Below are positions 19,562 through 28,076 of a stretch of DNA of 32,348 nucleotides, in pieces. The notes under the pieces are model-generated. The model was not told where the DNA came from. It did no database searches and saw only the letters and a list, made by a program, of their open reading frames with translations. The stretch's first letter is position 1, and each line of letters starts with the position of its first letter. The stretch covers positions 1 through 32,348 of the forward strand of contig CAWFJP010000020.1 in NCBI GenBank assembly GCA_963816145.1. The letters run 5' to 3'. The stretch is from an uncultured delta proteobacterium (GTDB taxonomy: Bacteria; Desulfobacterota; Binatia; UBA9968). Position numbers and translations under genes: made by a program.

Positions 19562-20278
19562 ATGGCCGCTCTCAGCAAAACCAAAATCGACCGTCTCGGG
19601 GATCGCCTGAAACGGGGGTCCCCGAGCGATGATGACCTCAGGTTACTCGATGAGCACCGAAGGTCGTTTAGCCCCGCCTATGACTCTGTCATTGGAACAA
19701 TCCGAGAAAAATTGCATTTAGATCCCACCGGTAGACCAGCTAAATCGACCAGCTCAATTGCCGAGAAGCTTCGCCGCGAAAGCATACGGCTAAGCCAAGT
19801 CCAAGATATCGCAGGTTGTCGTGTTATAGTCACGGACATAATTGCTCAGGACAATACAATCGCCACGCTGCGTGAAACATTCTCTGACATCAGAGTGATG
19901 GATCGCCGATTGAACCCCAGCCACGGCTACAGGGCCGTGCATGTAATTGTGACGACCGAAGGTGGAAGCGTAGAGATCCAAATCAGAACATCCTTACAGC
20001 ATTCCTGGGCAGAGCTTTCAGAGCGCCTTGCCGACGTGGTAGACTCAAGCATCAAGTACGGTGGTGGCGACACGGATATTCGAGAACCTTTGTCAGCAGC
20101 GTCTGAATCAATTGTCATACTAGAAGACTTGGAAAGGAAGTATGGTGTGGGCTCTGCAAGGTCTGGTGCACAAAGCGCTACGTGGCTAGCGCTTCACCAG
20201 CTTGTAATGAGCTTGAAAAATCTGCTGACCGCAAACTTTCGTGATGTGCTTTCCAAATTCGAAAAATCTCAAGGGTAG
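19562..20278 (+). CDS. Small RelA/SpoT-domain synthetase (SAS), CapRel/PhRel-like toxSAS candidate
   Basis: R.AK...SIAEKLRR, QDIAGCRVI, G-loop SHGYRAVH, EIQIRT.LQH.WAE; N-terminal helix SKTKIDRLGDRL; no HD hydrolase, TGS or ACT domain. Confidence 0.9.
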   Translation: MAALSKTKIDRLGDRLKRGSPSDDDLRLLDEHRRSFSPAYDSVIGTIREKLHLDPTGRPAKSTSSIAEKLRRESIRLSQVQDIAGCRVIVTDIIAQDNTIATLRETFSDIRVMDRRLNPSHGYRAVHVIVTTEGGSVEIQIRTSLQHSWAELSERLADVVDSSIKYGGGDTDIREPLSAASESIVILEDLERKYGVGSARSGAQSATWLALHQLVMSLKNLLTANFRDVLSKFEKSQG

Positions 20279-20283
20279 TCGAA

Positions 20284-20529
20284 ATGCTATTCCTAATCGA
20301 GTATAAACGCTCCGAAGGTCGAATCGTAACTTTCAAGACATTTGACGATTCCGAGCGATCCAAAGCGGAACGATCGCGTCTGCAAATCGAATTAGAGTTA
20401 AACCAACGGCAAATCGATCATGAAGTTGTTTTGTTAGACGCGGCGGACGAACAGGCCCTACGTCGCACTCATCGTCGTTACTTTGAAGACGCTGCACAAA
20501 TCGCGAACTCCCTGAACGGTGGCAGCTAA
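20284..20529 (+). CDS. Putative cognate antitoxin of the SAS (CapRel antitoxin-domain-like)
   Basis: 81 aa, 5 nt after the SAS stop codon; beta-beta-alpha-beta pattern ending EVVLLDAADEQALRRTHRRYF. Confidence 0.7.
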   Translation: MLFLIEYKRSEGRIVTFKTFDDSERSKAERSRLQIELELNQRQIDHEVVLLDAADEQALRRTHRRYFEDAAQIANSLNGGS

Positions 20530-20577
20530 CTATTGGCCGATACTTTTTCGACGTTCAGACCTAAGATGTCGGTTTAA

Positions 20578-21699
20578 ATGAATACCGCGATTCGAAAGCT
20601 CGTTAACACTTACAATCCACAAACCGTCCTATGGAAAGCCTCCACACCTCCCTCATCTTGGTATACCGACCCAAGATTTTTTGAGGTAGAACACCGAACG
20701 ATTTTTCACCGCTCGTGGCAGCTCGCCGGCCGCTCCGAACAAGTGCGCGATCCTGGACAATACATCACTTGGGAAATCGCCGGCGAGCCGATCCTGGTCG
20801 TCCGAGGAAGCGACCGCGTTCTACGAGGCTTCTTCAACGTTTGCCGCCACCATGCAGCTGCTGTCATGACAAAACGCGATGGCAAAGCCGAAAATCTTCG
20901 CTGCCCCTATCACGGTTGGACATACGATCTCGAAGGCAAACTCATCCTAAGTCCGGACTTTGCCGGCGTCCAAGAATTCGACCGGAGCACCAACGGCCTC
21001 GTGCCAATTCAGGTTACTGAATTTCAGGGCTGGGTATTCGTTAAACTCGACAGCGACGGCACGGCACTAGATGAATATGTCGGCGCCGATCTCATCGAAC
21101 GTTTAGAACCCTTAAACCTTGAACGATTGAACTGGTTCGAGCGCCGATCCTATTGCCTGAACTGCAACTGGAAAGTCTTCGTCGATAATTATCTCGACGG
21201 CGGCTACCACGTGCCGCATATACACAGCGACCTAAGTAGTGTTCTGGATAACAGTAAATACCGGATCGAAATCGGCGAACGTTATTGCCTACAATCGAGT
21301 CCCATCGCGTCCGAAAAAGGCGAAGCGCAGACAGCCGCCGTGCGCAAAGGTGAGCGCGCTCACTATTTTTGGATCTATCCCAATTTCATGATCAATATTT
21401 ACGACGAAGTGATGGACACCAATCTGGTCATCCCGCACGGCGTCGACAAAACTGAAGTGATCTTCGACTACTATTTCGCTGATGTCTCCGCATCGGCACG
21501 AGAACAAAATCTTGCCAGCATCGCTGTCAGCGAACAGATTCAGTCCGAAGACGTCGCGACCTGTGAATCGGTGCAGCGAGGTTTGAATTCCCGCGCGTAC
21601 GACACCGGGCGGCTATCGGTTCGGCGCGAAGCCGGCGAGTATTTGTTCCATCGTCTGCTGCATGCCGATTTGAAGTCCGGGATCTCCAAGCAGCCGTGA
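20578..21699 (+). CDS. Rieske non-heme iron oxygenase alpha subunit (choline-monooxygenase-like)
   Basis: CRHH...CPYHGW Rieske ligands; NWKVFVDNYLDGGYHVPHIH; ED..CESVQRGL. Confidence 0.9.
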   Translation: MNTAIRKLVNTYNPQTVLWKASTPPSSWYTDPRFFEVEHRTIFHRSWQLAGRSEQVRDPGQYITWEIAGEPILVVRGSDRVLRGFFNVCRHHAAAVMTKRDGKAENLRCPYHGWTYDLEGKLILSPDFAGVQEFDRSTNGLVPIQVTEFQGWVFVKLDSDGTALDEYVGADLIERLEPLNLERLNWFERRSYCLNCNWKVFVDNYLDGGYHVPHIHSDLSSVLDNSKYRIEIGERYCLQSSPIASEKGEAQTAAVRKGERAHYFWIYPNFMINIYDEVMDTNLVIPHGVDKTEVIFDYYFADVSASAREQNLASIAVSEQIQSEDVATCESVQRGLNSRAYDTGRLSVRREAGEYLFHRLLHADLKSGISKQP

Positions 21700-21702
21700 G
21701 TT

Positions 21703-21731
21703 TTGCTAAGCCGCAAATTTCGTCGTAATAT
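21703..21731 (+). promoter_or_regulatory. Putative sigma70 promoter of argC
   Basis: TTGCTA-17 nt-TAATAT, 14 nt before the ATG. Confidence 0.55.
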
Positions 21732-21745
21732 TCCGATCAAATCCA

Positions 21746-22702
21746 ATGCCACCGAAAATTTATATCGACGGCCAGGCCGGCACCACCGCGCTGCGCATTC
21801 GCGAGTGGCTCGCGGGGCGAAATGACCTCGAAGTCGTGACGCTTCCGGAAGAGCTGCGCAAAGAGCCGGCGGCACGGAAAAAGGCGCTGCAAGATGCCAG
21901 CATCGTGCTGCTCTGCCTTCCCGACGACGCGGCCAAGGAAGCGGCAGCGTGGCTTGCCGACTCGCCGGTGCGGATTCTCGACGCCAGCACGGCGCATCGG
22001 GTGGCCGATGACTGGGTTTACGGCTTGCCCGAACTCGTCGCTGGCCAGCGCGAGCTGATCACCAAAGCGAAGCGGGTGGCCAATCCCGGCTGCTACTCAT
22101 CCGCGGTCATCCTACTGACCCGGCCGCTCGTCAACGCCGGTTTGATTGCACCCGACATGCCGCTGGCGATTCACGCGCTGTCGGGCTATTCCGGCGGCGG
22201 CCGGGCATTGATCGAACGCTGGGAAGATCCAAAAAAGAAGTTAATCCATTTGCCTCATGAAGCGCCCTACAGCATCGGCAAGCTGCACAAGCATATCCCG
22301 GAGATTATGCGCCACGGTGCCATCAGCGCCGAGCCGCAGTTTCTCCCCAACGTCGGCCCATTTCGCTGCGGCATGCGGGTCGAGATCATGATTCCTGCAA
22401 AGGCTCTGCCGAAAGCCGGCGTCGGCAAGGCGATGTGGGAAGCGTTATCGGCACGTTACGACAAGGAACTCTTTGTCGATGTCGAACCGCTCACCGATGC
22501 CAGCGAGGCAGACGAGATGAGCTTCGATCCGCAGGAGTTCAACGATACCAATCGAATTTCCTTGCGCGTCCTGCCGCACCAGTCGGGCCATGTCATTTTA
22601 ATGGCGCGCCTCGACAATCTCGGCAAAGGCGCCGCCGGAGTGGCGATTCAGAATTTGAATCTCATGCTCGGCGTCAACGAAGAGACCTGCTTGCCGTCCT
22701 AG
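21746..22702 (+). CDS. argC: N-acetyl-gamma-glutamyl-phosphate reductase (type 2)
   Basis: IYIDGQAGTT, LCLPDDAA, DASTAHR, ANPGCY, SGYSGGG, DNLGKGA. Confidence 0.93.
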   Translation: MPPKIYIDGQAGTTALRIREWLAGRNDLEVVTLPEELRKEPAARKKALQDASIVLLCLPDDAAKEAAAWLADSPVRILDASTAHRVADDWVYGLPELVAGQRELITKAKRVANPGCYSSAVILLTRPLVNAGLIAPDMPLAIHALSGYSGGGRALIERWEDPKKKLIHLPHEAPYSIGKLHKHIPEIMRHGAISAEPQFLPNVGPFRCGMRVEIMIPAKALPKAGVGKAMWEALSARYDKELFVDVEPLTDASEADEMSFDPQEFNDTNRISLRVLPHQSGHVILMARLDNLGKGAAGVAIQNLNLMLGVNEETCLPS

Positions 22703-23936
22703 GTCAGCGTCTCACTTGCCAGCGCGACTTCCGTCGGCGCTTCGCGCCGACGTTCGACGAACGGCAACATCCAGTGGCTCAACACTCCTAACGTCAGCGA
22801 ACCGATGCCGCACAGTAGATAGAGCATGTCGGTGCCGCTGCGATCGACCAGCCAGCCGGCGGTTAAGTTGGACAAGATGCCGGCAAGGCCGCTGCCGACC
22901 ATCGACAGAATGCCCTGCGCCGTCGAGCGCAACTTCTCCGGCGCGACGACGTCGAGATAAAGCGGGCTGCCCAAATTCAAACCGACCACCATCACTCCAT
23001 GCAACGCCTGAACGGCAAAGAGTATCGATGGGTCGGTAATCAGCGCCGATAGGATCCAACGCAAACCGCCGACGGTGACCCCGACGGTGAGCATGCCGCG
23101 GGCGCCCAGCCGCTTCAAACCACTCCCTGTCGACAGCACCAGCGGGATCTCGACGATCAACATGAGAATCCACATATTGCGAATCATGCCCAAATCACCG
23201 CCGCGGGCGCGAATAAAAATCGGAAACAGCCACATCGGCCCATGCATGAGAAAGTGAGCAAGCAGCGAAAAACAGAGAAACCGCACAAACGCGCGATTAT
23301 GCAGCAGCTCGCGCCAATCGCCGCGCGCCGCGCGCAAACCGACGGCGCCTTTCTGGGGCAACGAGGAGTGCGATCACTGCAGCGAGCAAAACCAAAGACG
23401 CCGTCAGCGGAAACATCAAGCCCAACGCCGGTTGGGAAACATTAGTCCCGACCGAAGCTCCAGTCTGCGTGCGGCAGCGAAGCCAGCGCCCAGGGCAAGA
23501 CAAGCACAAGGATAAAATAACCGCCCGAGCCCCAAGCTCGCACCCGGCCGAAGGCGTGGCGCCCGGCGTCGCGCAAAATCGCCAGACTCACCGACATCAT
23601 CAATGGAAACACCGCCGTGCCGACGACGGCGAGCGCGGATGTCGCGATCACGATCGACCAGAAACCGTGCGCGTAACCAAGCCCGAGGTAGCCCAGCGCC
23701 GTGCCCAAGGTGAGAAACGCCAGCACGCGCGTGCGCGCGCCGGTGCGGTCCGCGACTTGCCCCCAGAACGGTTGAGAGATCATGCCGATCAAAGGCGAGA
23801 TCGCCAAGACAAATCCGACTTGGGTCCCCGTCAACCCGGCGTTCTCACGCAGATAGAGTGTAAAGTAGGGATAAAAGATCCCGAGCGAGCCAAAATAGGT
23901 GAACCAAAACAGCGTCAACGGGATCGAATGCCACAT
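22699..23936 (-). CDS. MFS transporter (MFS_1_like / HcaT-MaeN-like), frameshifted around 23445 and 23370
   Basis: N-half from MWHSIPLTLFWF (GQVADRTGAR, FGRVRAWGS); link LGLMFPLTASLVLLAA in the 23297..23509 frame; C-half in 22699..23361 (QALHG, PEKLRSTAQG, GWLVDRSG). Confidence 0.85.
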
Positions 23937-23942
23937 CGACCG

Positions 23943-23951
23943 ATGATAGCA
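23943..23951 (-). promoter_or_regulatory. Extended -10 promoter giving a probable leaderless MFS mRNA
   Basis: Minus strand TGC-TATCAT, then 6 nt, then the ATG at 23936; no SD sequence. Confidence 0.5.
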
Positions 23952-23976
23952 TTCATCGTCGCCGTCTACGACGGCG

Positions 23977-24056
23977 GTTCCAAGTGTTCCAGATGTTCCA
24001 ATCGTCGGATTCCGAATTACACTTGGAACCTTTGGAACCCATGGAACTATTGGAAC
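23977..24056. repeat. Inverted pair of 9-nt-period arrays (GTTCCA x3 facing TGGAAC x4)
   Basis: GTTCCA at 23977, 23986 and 23995; TGGAAC at 24024, 24033, 24042 and 24051; central TCGGA-T-TCCGA palindrome. Confidence 0.8.
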
Positions 24057-24203
24057 GAGAGGAAAGTTAGCCCACATGACGGGCACCGCTGGCCAATCGC
24101 GAGCCGCCCTCCTCATCTCAACCGCAAGCTTTTTTCTTTGGAAACATTCAATAACTTGCAACGGAAACTAAGGGATAGCATAGTGCCTCGAATAGGCATC
24201 AAC

Positions 24204-25574
24204 ATGGGCTCGACGATCTCAACCACCGACGTAAAAATGCGCGTGCTCGTCATCGATGACGAGAAGAACATTCGCACCACTCTTGCCTTTTGCCTCGAAC
24301 AAGCTGGCTGTCTGGTAACTGCGGTAGCCTCTCCCGAGGGCGCCTGGGACGCGCTTAGCCAACATGCTTACGAATTGGCGTTCCTCGATGTCCGGCTCGG
24401 TCAATCGAGCGGCCTTGATCTCATTCCGAAACTCATCGCTGACTGTCCCAACCTGATGGTGGTCATGGTGACCGCCTACGCAACCATCGACAGCGCGGTG
24501 GAAGCCATCAAGCGCGGCGCCGCCGATTATCTCGCCAAGCCATTTACCCCGGCGCAGATTCGCCTCATCGTCGATCAGTGCGTCAAACAACGGGATTTTA
24601 AAAGGCAACTGACCGACCTGGAGGGCCGCCTGCGCGAGGCCGCGCCGGAGACCGATCTGGAATCCGACTCGCCCAAAGTCCGCGCGGTTTATGAAATTGC
24701 CGCGAAAGTAGGTGCTTCAGATGCGCCGGTTTTGCTTCGCGGTGAAAGCGGCACAGGCAAAAGCGTGCTCGCCCGCTGGATTCACTCGCTGAGCCACCGC
24801 AGTCGCCAACCCTTCGTCGTTGTCAATTGCCCGACGCTCTCCGAAGAGTTGCTAACCAGCGAACTGTTTGGCCACACCAAAGGAGCCTTCACCGGCGCCG
24901 TGCGTGATCAGCCGGGTCGCGTCGAGGCCGCCGAGGGTGGCACACTGTTTCTCGATGAGATTGGCGATATCTCGCCAGCCCTGCAAGCAAAACTATTGCG
25001 TTTCATCGAGGAAAAGGAATTCGAACGGCTCGGCGAAAACAAAACCAGGCACGCCGACGTTCGAACAGTTGCCGCCACCAACCGTGATCTTGAAGAGCAG
25101 ATGCGCAAGGGATTGTTTCGCGAGGACCTGCTTTACCGTCTAAACGTTATCGAATTGGAGTTGCCGCCGCTCCGGCAACGGCCCGAGGATATCCTGCGCC
25201 TGGCGCGGCGCTTTCTCGTGTTCTTTGCAAGATCGGCCCGGCGACAAACGCCGGAGCTATCGAAAGCCGCGGAAGGTGCGCTGACGGCTTATGACTGGCC
25301 CGGCAATATCCGCGAGCTCAGAAACACCGTCGAACGAGCAGTGATTCTTTGGCCCGCCCAGGTGATCGAACCGGAAGCCTTTCCCGCGCATATTTCGGCG
25401 CGGGTTAAGCCCGCCGATGCGCCGCAAGTAGGTGGAAACTTCTCCTTGGAGGATATCGAGCGGGAACATATCACTCGCGTAATCGCCCGCTCGCCGACCT
25501 TGGAGGACGCCGCGGCCATCCTCGGCATCGATGGTTCGACGCTTTGGCGCAAACGCAAGAAATACGAGAGTTGA
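24204..25574 (+). CDS. Sigma54-dependent response regulator (NtrC/AlgB/ZraR family)
   Basis: Receiver (VIDDE, FLDVRL, YLAKP), AAA+ (GESGTGKS, GAFTGA, LFLDEIG, WPGNIREL) and Fis HTH; alternative start at 24237. Confidence 0.93.
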   Translation: MGSTISTTDVKMRVLVIDDEKNIRTTLAFCLEQAGCLVTAVASPEGAWDALSQHAYELAFLDVRLGQSSGLDLIPKLIADCPNLMVVMVTAYATIDSAVEAIKRGAADYLAKPFTPAQIRLIVDQCVKQRDFKRQLTDLEGRLREAAPETDLESDSPKVRAVYEIAAKVGASDAPVLLRGESGTGKSVLARWIHSLSHRSRQPFVVVNCPTLSEELLTSELFGHTKGAFTGAVRDQPGRVEAAEGGTLFLDEIGDISPALQAKLLRFIEEKEFERLGENKTRHADVRTVAATNRDLEEQMRKGLFREDLLYRLNVIELELPPLRQRPEDILRLARRFLVFFARSARRQTPELSKAAEGALTAYDWPGNIRELRNTVERAVILWPAQVIEPEAFPAHISARVKPADAPQVGGNFSLEDIEREHITRVIARSPTLEDAAAILGIDGSTLWRKRKKYES

Positions 25575-25581
25575 AACCGAA

Positions 25582-26223
25582 TCAATGCAGCTTGCCGAGC
25601 CGCTTCAAGGCGGCGGTCGCAGCTTCATAAGAATGATCTGCGGTGACCGCCATATAATAGTACTGAACGGCGCGCCGTTCGTCCCCTTCACTCTCGCACA
25701 GAAAGCCCAACCAGTAGTAAGGCTCCGGCCGATCCAGTGCCCGTGACATCGCCGCCTTGAGATAAGCACGCGCTTCGATGTTGGCCTTGCGCTCGCGCGC
25801 GAGCTCCGCCAAGTGCATCAGATCGTCGAATGAACCCCCCGATCCCAGCCGCTGGCGAAAAAGAATTTCCTCCGCTAACAGCACAATCACCTTGGGATCG
25901 AAGGGCTTTTCCAAAAATTCCACCGCGCCGAGCTTCATGGCTTGCACGGCGTTGGCTGCCGAACCATAAGCGGTAACAATAACGACCGCCGTCTTGGGAC
26001 TGAGAGCGCGGATATTTGCAAGCACGTCAAGCCCGGCCATTTTCGGCATATGGAGATCGACGAATGCGATGTCCGGGTGTTTATTTTTGCAAATATCCAA
26101 AGCTTCGTCGCCGTCCTTGGCCACATCGACCAGATAACCTGCCGCCTCCAGGACCATCGCTAAGTTTTTGCGGATATTCCGCTCGTCGTCGGCCACCAGA
26201 ATTCGCGATTTCGATTCCATCAT
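25582..26223 (-). CDS. Response regulator receiver with C-terminal TPR-like domain
   Basis: VADDE, FVDLHMP, FLEKP; C-terminal EARAYLKAA...PEPYYWLG..CE..GDERRAVQYY. Confidence 0.88.
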   Translation of the reverse strand: MMESKSRILVADDERNIRKNLAMVLEAAGYLVDVAKDGDEALDICKNKHPDIAFVDLHMPKMAGLDVLANIRALSPKTAVVIVTAYGSAANAVQAMKLGAVEFLEKPFDPKVIVLLAEEILFRQRLGSGGSFDDLMHLAELARERKANIEARAYLKAAMSRALDRPEPYYWLGFLCESEGDERRAVQYYYMAVTADHSYEAATAALKRLGKLH

Positions 26224-28076
26224 GGCAGGACTCCCTCCGAGGCGGTTTTAACTACTGCGGGCAAGGTAAACCAAAACCGGCTCCCCTTGCCGGGCACGCT
26301 TTCCACGCCTATTTCACCGCCGTGGGCACGGACAATTTCCTTGGCGATATACAGCCCAAGTCCAGTGCCCTTGTCTCCCGATTGGGGGACTCGGTAAAAT
26401 TTTTCAAAGATTCTTTCTTGATATTCTTTTGGCACTCCCGTACCGGTATCAGCCACAGTGAAACGCACGGAACCGTCGATGGCTTCCGCGCCTAGCGTGA
26501 TACTCCCGCCCTTCGGCGTATGCCGCACCGCATTGCCGATCAGATTGGAAAATACATGGCCGATACGATCGTGATCCGCTAACACGCTCAACTCCTGTAG
26601 CGAAACTTCCGCGCTTAGGATCACGCCTTTGGCGTCTGCATCGGCTTTGAACTCATCGACGGCGTCGATCATCAGGCCGGATACGCTGGTCGGCAACGGA
26701 TACAGCTCGACGCGTCCAGACTCGATGCGAGAGAGATCCAGGAAATCGTCGACCATCCCCTGCAGCCGGTCACAATCCTCACGCGCGGCGTAAAGCAGCT
26801 CGGCCTGCTTGTCTGTAAGCGGTCCTGCCACCTGCTCGGTGCAAAGATGAACCGCCATGCGCAGCGACGTCAGCGGTGTGCGAAATTCGTGCGCGACGGT
26901 GGCGACTAGATCATTTTTAAGCTCCTCGAAGCGGCGCAAGCGCGTGACGTCCTGCAGGATCACCGTGGCGCCGACAACCACACCCCGGGTCTCGTACACG
27001 GGCGCCCCTCGCGGCAAGAAATAACGATCGCCTAAAAGCGTGGTGAGCTGGACCGCATCCTCAAACCCCCTGGGAGAATAAGCGCCCTTGCCGCTTAGGA
27101 CATGGCTGCGAACCCGTTCGATCACCGCGCTCGTCGACGCATGGACGCTCTTGAGCGGGTCTTTTGACGAAGAATCGGTTCTGAGTCCGAGCAACGTTTC
27201 CGCCGCATGGTTGACGTTTTGCAGACTGCCTTCGACGCTGAAAATCGCCACCGGGTCCGGAATACTATCGATGGCCGCCTGCATGCTCAAGTGGGCTTGC
27301 AGCAAATCTCCCAGCGAGCTTTTACGATACTCTGCCAAACGCGCCGCCATGGCGTTGAAGTCGTGCGCCAAGTGCGCCAGTTCATCGTGTCCGTGCACGC
27401 GGGCGCGAGCGTCGAAGTTACCTTCGCCGATCTTGCGCGTCGCTTCACTCAAGGCCGAGAGCGGTTGCAACATGCGACGAGTCAACAATGTTGAGACCAG
27501 GAGCCCCAGCGCCAACGCCGCCAACGCCACCGTAATGCTGATCGCATTCATGCGCTCGCCTGTGCGCCGGACATTGTCGCTCTTGCGCACCATGGTGTCT
27601 TGATTGATCGCCAGGATCTCGTCGGCGGAAGCTTTGACCTTATAGAATGCCGCCTCGAGTTCGGAGAAATAAAGTTTGCGTATCTCATCAGCGCTTGTAG
27701 TTGCCTGAAAGCGATCGAACTTCGCTTGATAATCCTGCCACGCGGCGCGCAAGCCGTCGGTGAACTCCTTTTCCCCGGCCTCGGTAATATTACCTTCTTG
27801 TACTTTGAGCTCGGCTTCGAAGATGGGCCGGTATTTTGCCGCCTGTTGGACGCCTTTTTCAATCTGCCCTGCAACCAAGAAAAGCGCTGCGCTGTCCATC
27901 CGCTCGATGGATTCTTTCATGCGTTGCGCCGCCAGCACACTGCGATAATTGTCCTTCAAGATCGTCTGGGAGTGCGAGCCCATGTACGAGATCGCCACCA
28001 CTGAAAATATACCAAGGGCGACCAGCGCCAGCGCGATCGGGCTTTGCGCCAGCAACAGCTTCTTGTAGAGGTTCAT
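26220..28076 (-). CDS. Sensor histidine kinase (four-helix extracytoplasmic domain, HAMP, PAS-like, HisKA, HATPase; KinB-like)
   Basis: Two TM helices, DNYRSV, GHDELAHLAHDFNAM, AHEFRTPL, NLIGNAVRHT, GTGLGL. Confidence 0.92.
   Translation of the reverse strand: MNLYKKLLLAQSPIALALVALGIFSVVAISYMGSHSQTILKDNYRSVLAAQRMKESIERMDSAALFLVAGQIEKGVQQAAKYRPIFEAELKVQEGNITEAGEKEFTDGLRAAWQDYQAKFDRFQATTSADEIRKLYFSELEAAFYKVKASADEILAINQDTMVRKSDNVRRTGERMNAISITVALAALALGLLVSTLLTRRMLQPLSALSEATRKIGEGNFDARARVHGHDELAHLAHDFNAMAARLAEYRKSSLGDLLQAHLSMQAAIDSIPDPVAIFSVEGSLQNVNHAAETLLGLRTDSSSKDPLKSVHASTSAVIERVRSHVLSGKGAYSPRGFEDAVQLTTLLGDRYFLPRGAPVYETRGVVVGATVILQDVTRLRRFEELKNDLVATVAHEFRTPLTSLRMAVHLCTEQVAGPLTDKQAELLYAAREDCDRLQGMVDDFLDLSRIESGRVELYPLPTSVSGLMIDAVDEFKADADAKGVILSAEVSLQELSVLADHDRIGHVFSNLIGNAVRHTPKGGSITLGAEAIDGSVRFTVADTGTGVPKEYQERIFEKFYRVPQSGDKGTGLGLYIAKEIVRAHGGEIGVESVPGKGSRFWFTLPAVVKTASEGVLP

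Noticed and set aside
19562-20278. Housekeeping long RelA/SpoT or a fragment of one
   Set aside because: No HD, TGS or ACT domain is present in any adjacent frame; it is a compact SAS with its own N-terminal helix and partner gene.
23977-24056. CRISPR array
   Set aside because: Units are 6-nt cores with 3-nt spacers, and there are no cas genes.
23937-24161. N-terminal extension of the MFS ORF (VPIVPWVPKVP...)
   Set aside because: It is a translation of the repeat element; transporter-like sequence starts at Met 23936.
23469-24203. N-terminal 245 aa of the 701-aa ORF
   Set aside because: It is antisense to the MFS gene and runs through the 9-mer repeats; the receiver domain begins only after 24204/24237.
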